From a virus, in the IMG/VR virus record IMGVR_UViG_3300045988_038517, positions 1 to 38,470 of that record: a stretch of DNA of 38,470 nucleotides; one strand, 5' to 3'. The translations under genes were made by a program, and so were the position numbers. Numbering within the stretch: position 1 is the first letter of the stretch; every line of letters begins with the position of its first letter. Positions 17,195-22,692 of the stretch are shown here, piece after piece. A model generated the notes under the pieces. The model saw only the letters and a list, made by a program, of their open reading frames with translations. It was not told the origin of the DNA and did no database searches.

Positions 17195-18850
17195 TTATTT
17201 TCCGGGCTTGTGCCACACAAGTTCCATGGCGTAGCGTGTAGCGTCTATGTGGTGGTTATCGTGGTCGGGGTATCCGGGCAGCGGCTCGCCGTTCTTGTCC
17301 GCGTCATACTCGTACTCGGTGAACTCCTTCAGAGTGTCCGGGCAGCGCACCGGGTCTATTACGATGGCGGTCAGACTTTGCAGCCACTTCACGCCCTGCC
17401 CAACGCTGTTCGGACCTTTTATCGCGGGCAAGCATTTCATTCCCCATGCAGTATAGTCGGTGCAGCTCTTTGGCTCGGCGCTGTCACCGGTCAGGCGCTC
17501 GCTCTCTGGGTGCTCCATAACGTGCCTGTCTTGCAGCATCTTGAACGTGTCCTCGTTTCGTGTGCGCCGCACGGTGATCTCGTCATAAATATACAGGGTC
17601 TTACGGGCTGCGTCGTAACTCATGCAGTTGTAGGCAAAGGGGTCAGGATACCAGCCCCAGTCAATGCCGTGGTACTTGCGCTCAAATTTGGAAGGGTCTA
17701 TCTTTTCTGCCTTGATGTTGGTGAAGATTTCCTTTCCGCAGCCGGTCACCTCGCCCAGATACTCGTGCTTGTAGGCGATCAGGTTGTGTTTCTTTAGATT
17801 TTCTGCATCATCAAGGAAACGCCTGCCAAGCCACTCCTGCGGCACCATCGTGTAGTCGGAGTGCTGGATGATCTTGCGGTCGCGCACTTCCAGAGCATAA
17901 CGGTTTGCCCAGTTACGGGGTGATGCAGGCGGGTTGAAGCTCTTGAACGTGAAAGAGAAATCTCCTCCACGCAGACAGGACTGTTCCACGTTGCGGATTT
18001 GTTCCTCTCCGTCATACTGGTCTAGCTCTTCAAACCATAGAATGCCGATGTATCCGCGCGGCAGTTTGATAGATTTGAGCTTTCCGGGGTCATCCAGACC
18101 AAAAAATAGAATCTTCTGACCTGTGTTTTTGTTTGTCATCTCCATTGGAGAGACCGTACATTTCCACATTCCGGGTTCCAGCTGGTCAACCGCCCACTGC
18201 ATCTGTGCATACACGGACGTTCGCAGGGTATTGCCCACCTTTCGGATGCATACCGCGTTGCAATCCGGGTGCAATTGCAAAAGTTTGATAATGCCGATGC
18301 TGCAGAAGCTGGATTTTGTGGATCCGCGTCCACCCTTTTCCAGCGCTTCGTCTGCATCGCCTCTCATGATCTTCTGCCATGTCGGCAGGAATTGCGGTGC
18401 CAAAAGCTCAAACAGCCTGTTTTCGGAAACTGCCGGGCTTGCGCTTTCGCTTTCTTCTGTTTTTTCCTCTTTGTTGTCCCAGCCAAAGTTAAACTTCAGG
18501 CTAAATTGTGCTCCGTTCGTTCCGTCCCGGTCGAACAGCCGCTCTTCGGAGTATTTTTCGCACAGGGCTTTTGCGCGCGTAATCGTGTTTACAAATTCCT
18601 GCTTGCCTTGATATTCCAGTAGCGATTTTCGCGATGCAAACCCCAAAGCCAACGCTAATCCGGTGACAGTGGGCGGGCGCTGATGCAGATAGATTTCATT
18701 TCCGTACTTATCCAGAATCGGAGCTCCATTCGCGTCCTGCAAGAGTTCTCCTTCGCAGTCGGAAAAGTAAGCATCTATCTTTTCCTGCATTTCTGCGGAA
18801 TTTTTATATTTCGGCGGTGCACCTACCGGATTCTTTTTCTTGTAGGTCAT
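17195..18850 (-). CDS. Terminase: small-subunit-like N-terminal module fused to a PBSX-type large subunit
   Basis: 551 aa from the ATG at 18850 (GAGGTGG RBS). Aa ~10-128 (GAPPKY..PPTVTGLALALGFASRKSLLEY..FSLKFNFGW) looks like a TerS DNA-binding module. An acidic linker follows, then Walker A KGGRGSTKS and a nuclease half. No separate terS ORF lies nearby. Confidence 0.85.
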   Translation of the reverse strand: MTYKKKNPVGAPPKYKNSAEMQEKIDAYFSDCEGELLQDANGAPILDKYGNEIYLHQRPPTVTGLALALGFASRKSLLEYQGKQEFVNTITRAKALCEKYSEERLFDRDGTNGAQFSLKFNFGWDNKEEKTEESESASPAVSENRLFELLAPQFLPTWQKIMRGDADEALEKGGRGSTKSSFCSIGIIKLLQLHPDCNAVCIRKVGNTLRTSVYAQMQWAVDQLEPGMWKCTVSPMEMTNKNTGQKILFFGLDDPGKLKSIKLPRGYIGILWFEELDQYDGEEQIRNVEQSCLRGGDFSFTFKSFNPPASPRNWANRYALEVRDRKIIQHSDYTMVPQEWLGRRFLDDAENLKKHNLIAYKHEYLGEVTGCGKEIFTNIKAEKIDPSKFERKYHGIDWGWYPDPFAYNCMSYDAARKTLYIYDEITVRRTRNEDTFKMLQDRHVMEHPESERLTGDSAEPKSCTDYTAWGMKCLPAIKGPNSVGQGVKWLQSLTAIVIDPVRCPDTLKEFTEYEYDADKNGEPLPGYPDHDNHHIDATRYAMELVWHKPGK

Positions 18851-18881
18851 TGCCACCACCTCTCAAAAAATCGCTTAAAAC

Positions 18882-18906
18882 AAAAGCCGCCCGAAAAATC
18901 GAACGG
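18882..18906 (-). pseudogene. tRNA 3'-half remnant (T-loop TTCGATT plus GGGCGGCTTTT)
   Basis: Minus strand CCGTTCGATTTTTCGGGCGGCTTTT aligns with the 3' half of the pseudo-tRNA at 19240-19264 (TGGTTCGATTCCAAGGGCGGCTTTT). No 5' half is present. Confidence 0.4.
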
Positions 18907-18921
18907 TTAAAATATCGAATG

Positions 18922-19057
18922 TGCCGCCAGCTGGATTTGAACCAGCACCCACGGAATGGATGTGCGCAGTGGTTGGCTGTGCAGTGATGTTCCCGTGGTG
19001 TCACCAACGTTGTCCCGCCTTAAATGGGCGGCGCTCTCCCAATTGAGCTATGGCGGC
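18922..19057 (-). tRNA. tRNA-Lys(TTT)-like gene with A at position 33 and a 68-nt insertion at the variable-loop position; no encoded CCA
   Basis: Hand-folded. Acceptor GCCGCCA/TGGCGGC (7 bp), TA, D arm GCTC-AATTGGGA-GAGC, anticodon arm CCGCC-CATTTAA-GGCGG. A 68-nt insert that can form a bulged hairpin follows, then T arm GCTGG-TTCAAAT-CCAGC and A73. Confidence 0.55.
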
Positions 19058-19160
19058 ATATAATAAGCAGCTTTGCCTGTCGTACACAAAGCCGCTGCAT
19101 CTGGAACTTTCGCGGCCAGATGCCCCGCTATCTGCGCAGCCCCCTCACAGGGTACGCAGC

Positions 19161-19236
19161 TGGCATTCCCGGCAGGGCTCAAACCTGCAGCCTGCGGTTT
19201 TGGAGACCGCTGTTCCATCACTTGAACTACGGGAAT
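19161..19236 (-). tRNA. tRNA-Trp(CCA), CCA encoded
   Basis: Hand-folded as 76 nt. Acceptor ATTCCCG/CGGGAAT, D arm GTTC-AAGTGATG-GAAC, anticodon arm GCGGT-CTCCAAA-ACCGC, variable AGGCT, T arm GCAGG-TTTGAGC-CCTGC, G73, CCA. Confidence 0.85.
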
Positions 19237-19242
19237 ATAAAA

Positions 19243-19310
19243 AGCCGCCCTTGGAATCGAACCAGCCGTGTCTACACACGCACCGCGCTCCAAACTGCGC
19301 TCAGGCGGCC
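19243..19310 (-). pseudogene. Degenerate tRNA-like gene (68 nt) lacking a functional anticodon arm
   Basis: The acceptor (GGCCGCC/GGCGGCT), D arm (GCGC-AGTTTGGA-GCGC) and T-loop TTCGATT are recognisable. The anticodon position holds only a 5-bp/4-nt hairpin (CGTGT-GTAG-ACACG), and the T stem has mismatches. Confidence 0.5.
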
Positions 19311-19344
19311 ATATAAAACAGCCCTGGTTCTCCGCCAGGGCTGT
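19311..19344 (-). terminator. Intrinsic terminator inside the tRNA cluster
   Basis: Minus strand 10-bp stem ACAGCCCTGG/CCAGGGCTGT with a 7-nt loop, followed by TTTTATAT. It abuts the 5' end of the pseudo-tRNA. Confidence 0.6.
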
Positions 19345-19460
19345 TGTTTGACGCACATCCCGTCGGGAAGTCTACCCACACCTTCAGGGATTCAAAGCTT
19401 TCTCTCGTAGCACGGGAGGTTAAGCGTGCAGCTTTGTGGGGGATGAGTCCATGCGCCATC

Positions 19461-19562
19461 TGGTGCGAAACCGTGGAGTCGAACCACGCGGAGAGGGAGG
19501 CGATCACCCTGCCCCATTCGCCCAGAACTGCCGTTCTGAACGGAGCCGTGCCGAAATCTCGC
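19461..19562 (-). ncRNA. 102-nt tRNA-like RNA with canonical acceptor, T arm and CCA but a non-canonical core
   Basis: Acceptor GCGAGAT/GTTTCGC (two G-U pairs), T arm CGTGG-TTCGACT-CCACG, A73, CCA. The 65-nt interior folds as CGG/CCG (7-nt loop), CAGAAC-GGCA-GTTCTG and GGCGA/TCGCC (14-nt loop). No 5-bp/7-nt anticodon arm could be drawn. Confidence 0.45.
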
Positions 19563-19732
19563 ATAGAATCAGCCCGCGAAACGTTGGTGATCTGTGCCTA
19601 CGGACAGCACAGGGCCGGAACGTTTGGGGGCTGCATTGCATCGGTGGGCCTTTTCGGCTCTGCCGATACTACTACAATACCACCGATTCCACTCAGGTGT
19701 CGATGATATCCACTGTCGAAAAGTACCACGAA

Positions 19733-20248
19733 TTATTGTGCAAAACTGTCAAAATCGCAGAACGGTGTATCCTCCCATATCTCTGCCAGCTGACGAAATC
19801 CCTCCGAAATGGCTGTGGAGACCGTCCGCGAGTTTGAATAACCGACCTCTCCGGCGGCGGCTGCCCTGGTCTTTCCCTCCACATAGCAGAGCGTGATACA
19901 CCGACTGCGCTTGATGGACGCAGGGTCCGCGTTGAGGAGATAAGCGAAGTCGATGGCTTCTTTCTGCATCTCGGCGTACTGGCATTTCATCTCGTGCAGA
20001 TGCTTTTCGGCGTCCATCGCGGCATCGGTATTGTTTCCGACCTTATCGCTGACGCCAGAGCGCCCGGACGCACCGGATACGCTGGAAGTAGTCGTTGTAG
20101 CTGCGTTCTTGAGGTCTGCGATGCGCTCCTTCTGCTGCAAAATAAGAGATCTCATTCGGGGCAGGCGTTCAAAATAGCTCCGTACTTCCAGCGCGCGGGG
20201 GTCCTCTGTTTTCGGCGCGTCTGCGTCAGGTGTCCATGTGCGGGTCAT
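19733..20248 (-). CDS. Probable late-gene transcriptional activator (sigma-70 region-4-like HTH; RinA/ArpU/DUF1492-like)
   Basis: 171 aa starting at MTRTWTPD, with GGAGG 7 nt upstream. The C-terminal RCITLCYVEGKTRAAAAGEVGYSNSRTVSTAISEGFRQL is a region-4-type HTH. It is the last early gene before the packaging module. Confidence 0.55.
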   Translation of the reverse strand: MTRTWTPDADAPKTEDPRALEVRSYFERLPRMRSLILQQKERIADLKNAATTTTSSVSGASGRSGVSDKVGNNTDAAMDAEKHLHEMKCQYAEMQKEAIDFAYLLNADPASIKRSRCITLCYVEGKTRAAAAGEVGYSNSRTVSTAISEGFRQLAEIWEDTPFCDFDSFAQ

Positions 20249-20277
20249 GTATCTGCCTCCAATCATATATTGTTCGA

Positions 20278-20358
20278 TTATTTTGCATAAGGCCCTCCAC
20301 CTAAATATCCAACAAAAAGCGCGATAGAAATGATTATCAGTGCGGTTATGACTCTCAT
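20278..20358 (-). CDS. 26-aa hydrophobic micro-ORF coupled to rusA
   Basis: MRVITALIIISIALFVGYLGGGPYAK. The ATG overlaps the RusA stop (ATGA). It forms a single TM-like helix and is too short for the ORF track. Confidence 0.3.
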   Translation of the reverse strand: MRVITALIIISIALFVGYLGGGPYAK

Positions 20359-20735
20359 ACTCTTTCATCCTCCATTTCTTCGATCCAAATTTCAGCTCTG
20401 GGGTTTTTCTTGTCGTAATTTACCCGACTGCCATCGTGGGCTGCCACGATTCTGCTGTTGTCGTCTTCCAGCACACTTGCCTTCACCAGTATGTCGCAGG
20501 TTGCTTCGATCAGGTTGGCAAGGTCAACCTTGCGCCGGGTAGCCATGTAGTACACGCACCGCACGTTCACGCGGGCAGAAATAGGCTCAGGATGGGCGCG
20601 TATCTGCCATAGACAGCTTGTCTGGTAATCCTCAAACGCCGCGCTTGGGGCCACGTATCGCCGTCCTCCGCGCCCTTGCAGGATGCGGGCGGAGTTTTTC
20701 TTTGTGCGGGGGTCGCCGTAAAGGGTCAGGTGCAT
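20355..20735 (-). CDS. rusA: Holliday junction resolvase, RusA family
   Basis: 126 aa. GDPRTKKNS... and DLANLIEATCDILVKASVLEDDNSRIV match the RusA catalytic Asp-rich motif pattern. Confidence 0.8.
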   Translation of the reverse strand: MHLTLYGDPRTKKNSARILQGRGGRRYVAPSAAFEDYQTSCLWQIRAHPEPISARVNVRCVYYMATRRKVDLANLIEATCDILVKASVLEDDNSRIVAAHDGSRVNYDKKNPRAEIWIEEMEDERV

Positions 20736-20741
20736 TTTTAA

Positions 20742-21086
20742 TCATTCCTCCTTTGGCGGCTCTGGCAGAGGCATCCGCGGGAGAGGCAGTTCTTCCGGCT
20801 TTATGCCAGAGTTTTTCATCTTTGCCCCACACTCGCCGCAATATTTGGTAGCCACGCAGTTGATGAAGTAACACTTCTTGCAACGGAAATGCTCGCAGGT
20901 GATGCGGCCTGGATTCAGCTCCCACTCCGATTCAGGTCGCAGCGTTTCCGGGTCGATGGTAGGCGCGTTTTGAATCATCTCTGCAATGACATCAGCCGTT
21001 CCGCTATGGTGTCCCAGAACAGAGCCGTTCGACAGGCCCATCGGGGCAATCTTTTTCAGCAGCTCGTCGCGGTCAATCATCGTCAT
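20742..21086 (-). CDS. Hypothetical protein with a C-terminal zinc ribbon (paralog A)
   Basis: 114 aa with ..NAPTIDPETLRPESEWE.. then CEHFRCKKC...CGECG. It is a paralog of the gene immediately upstream. Confidence 0.6.
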   Translation of the reverse strand: MTMIDRDELLKKIAPMGLSNGSVLGHHSGTADVIAEMIQNAPTIDPETLRPESEWELNPGRITCEHFRCKKCYFINCVATKYCGECGAKMKNSGIKPEELPLPRMPLPEPPKEE

Positions 21087-21435
21087 ACGGCACGTCCTCC
21101 ATTCTGAATCCGCACATCGGACAAAACGGCGTTTTGAGACCGCACGGATTGGCCTCTCCGCAATCTGGGTTTGAGCAACGGGTCGCGGCTACACACCACG
21201 AGCCGCTTTTCCCGGCACAGACCTCATAGGAGCCGGGAATTTCTTCCCAGTGCGCCACAGGCCGCAGCGTCTTCGGGTCGATGGTAGGCGCGTTTTCAAT
21301 ATTTTTCTTCATGAGAGCAATACCGTCCCGCCAAGCATCGGCTTCTTTTTCACTGTATTGCTTGATTGACCAATTATTTTGGTCAAGTAGCGCATTTGCA
21401 TCAATTAAACGTACTGTCTTTTCTTTCTTATCCAT
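21073..21435 (-). CDS. Hypothetical protein with a C-terminal zinc ribbon (paralog B); start uncertain
   Basis: ..NAPTIDPKTLRPVAHWEE.. then C..NPDCG...CPMCG. Alignment to paralog A favours the ATG at 21435 (MDKKEKTVRLIDANALL). ATG 21447 and TTG 21483 are also possible, and none has a strong RBS. Confidence 0.55.
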   Translation of the reverse strand: MDKKEKTVRLIDANALLDQNNWSIKQYSEKEADAWRDGIALMKKNIENAPTIDPKTLRPVAHWEEIPGSYEVCAGKSGSWCVAATRCSNPDCGEANPCGLKTPFCPMCGFRMEDVPYDDD

Positions 21436-21492
21436 TTTTACCCACATTGTTCGAACATTGCTTTTGCGATTCCTCGCAGGCAACTAAAACTT

Positions 21493-21708
21493 TCATTCGT
21501 CTCCTCCGTTTGCTCCCAGATAGCGCTTTCGGCCCCGCTCACGGTGCTTGTCCTCGTATGTACGGTGGTAGCATCTCATGGTGTGGGTCATATCGTAGGT
21601 GTAGGCCAGCTCGGCCTTGTGCATCTGCTGCCATGCCTTGAACCGCTCGCAGCGGTCGTGACAGCCGGGCTTCCGGTCCGGGCAGCCCTTGCAGGTCGGG
21701 TTCGTCAT
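21493..21708 (-). CDS. Small Cys-rich protein, hypothetical
   Basis: 71 aa (MTNPTCKGCPDRKPGCHDRCERF...). GGAGG lies 7 nt upstream. ATGA overlap with the upstream micro-gene. Confidence 0.55.
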   Translation of the reverse strand: MTNPTCKGCPDRKPGCHDRCERFKAWQQMHKAELAYTYDMTHTMRCYHRTYEDKHRERGRKRYLGANGGDE

Positions 21709-21881
21709 CGGACCGCCTCCGTCCGCACCGGCTCGAACTCGTCGAACTCCGGGTAATGGCTTTGCGCGAGCTGCGTTGCGATGTAACCGGACTCGCCGGG
21801 ATTGCTGGCATCTACCCGCCAGCAATGGAGGTCTGTACCGCCTGCGTTGCGGCACTCGACCATGACGTTGTATTTAGGCAT
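21705..21881 (-). CDS. Hypothetical 58-aa protein (below the ORF-track cutoff)
   Basis: MPKYNVMVECRNAGGTDLHCWRVDASNPGESGYIATQLAQSHYPEFDEFEPVRTEAVR. AGGAGAGG RBS. The start overlaps the replication gene stop and the stop overlaps the next ATG (ATGA). Confidence 0.45.
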   Translation of the reverse strand: MPKYNVMVECRNAGGTDLHCWRVDASNPGESGYIATQLAQSHYPEFDEFEPVRTEAVR

Positions 21882-22638
21882 TGTGAACCTCTCCTTTCTT
21901 TTTGCTCAGAGGGCGGCGGGCCGCAGCATTCTTGAGGAAGTCGTTCGGATGCGCTGCCGCCTCTTCGGGGGACCGGGACGCCATGAACGGCTTGCTGCGC
22001 GGAGCGCTGGCCTTCTGGGCGCTCTCCTTGTCTCTGGACATCCAGCCGGATGCAGCAGCCTTCCAGCTCTTCATGGGGGTCTTGCCGACCTTCCAGCCGT
22101 TGGACTCGTAGAAGTCCCGGAAACGCTCCGCCTGTGCAGCCGTACCGCCTTTCTCGGCAAAATACGCCTCGATCTCTTCCAGCCCCGGCGGAGAAAACCG
22201 TTTCGATGCTCTGGAAGATGGAGACGCGGAAGCGTCTATCTCTATAGACTCTATAGAGTCTGTGTACTTTGTACTTTGTACTTTGTACTTTGTACTTTGG
22301 TTTTTATGGGTTTCGTTGGGTTCCCCATGGGTTTCCGTGGGTTTTTCAGAAAACCCATCGGTTTCTTTCGCTTTTCTGGGTCTCCCGCCTTTTCGCCCAT
22401 TCTGACGATTCGCCTCAATCGTGCGTTGATACGTCTTTATGTTCTCGTTCATAAAGGCCCGCAGAGACTCGAACGCCATCTGCTCCATTGGTTCCAGCCC
22501 TTCCGGTTCTTCTCCGTGCTCTACATACTGCCGCATCTTGGTCAGGGTGTTTTTGTACTGTTCCGGCGGCAGGATATCCAAAATCACAAACTTGTCAAAT
22601 GGGATCATCAGCGCTTTTGGCCTGATTTCGTCTTCCAT
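21874..22638 (-). CDS. Replication organizer-like protein (DnaD-like / phage replication C-terminal module)
   Basis: 254 aa with a GGAGGTGA RBS. The C-terminal PPGLEEIEAYFAEKGG..AERFRDFYESNGWKVGKTPMKSWKAAASGW resembles the conserved tail of Firmicutes phage replication/DnaD-like proteins. The central low-complexity linker is encoded by a DNA repeat field. Confidence 0.55.
   Translation of the reverse strand: MEDEIRPKALMIPFDKFVILDILPPEQYKNTLTKMRQYVEHGEEPEGLEPMEQMAFESLRAFMNENIKTYQRTIEANRQNGRKGGRPRKAKETDGFSEKPTETHGEPNETHKNQSTKYKVQSTKYTDSIESIEIDASASPSSRASKRFSPPGLEEIEAYFAEKGGTAAQAERFRDFYESNGWKVGKTPMKSWKAAASGWMSRDKESAQKASAPRSKPFMASRSPEEAAAHPNDFLKNAAARRPLSKKKGEVHNA
22222..22370. repeat. Candidate origin of replication: palindromes, heptamer x5 and helically phased GGGTTT iterons
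   Basis: Inverted repeat AGACGC-GGAA-GCGTCT (22222-22237). 14-bp perfect palindrome GACTCTATAGAGTC (22247-22260). (GTACTTT)x5 at 22264-22298. ATGGGTTTC-type repeats start at 22306, 22316, 22327 and 22337, with an inverted copy AAAACCCAT at 22350-22358. Confidence 0.5.
22264..22298. repeat. Perfect heptanucleotide tandem repeat (GTACTTT)x5 inside a CDS
   Basis: Counted base by base. On the coding strand it is AAAGTAC x5, translated ..STKYKVQSTKYT... The unit length is not a multiple of 3. Confidence 0.95.
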
Positions 22639-22692
22639 GTTTCACCTCCTTCCGAGCGCCCGTATCGCCAGATAGCACAGCTTTCTTGTCGA

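Noticed and set aside
19563-19595. Resemblance of GGGCTGATTCT to the 5' end of E. coli tmRNA, raising the idea of a phage tmRNA ending at the CCA at 19461
   Set aside because: The putative 5' strand GCGGGCT pairs poorly with the 3' strand GTTTCGC, whereas GCGAGAT 102 nt from the end pairs well. No tag-like reading frame ending in a hydrophobic tail plus stop was seen, and the distance is too short for pseudoknot domains. I treat the 11-nt match as chance.
19024-19896. Multiple 60-130-aa ORFs on both strands across 19024-19896
   Set aside because: They overlap tRNA and tRNA-like genes and structured spacers, have no RBS and are Arg/Pro/Cys-rich. They are read-through of RNA genes.
22264-22298. 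Tandem repeat as a possible CRISPR array or mini-array
   Set aside because: The units are 7 nt with no spacers and lie inside a CDS. This is a microsatellite or iteron-type repeat, not a CRISPR array.
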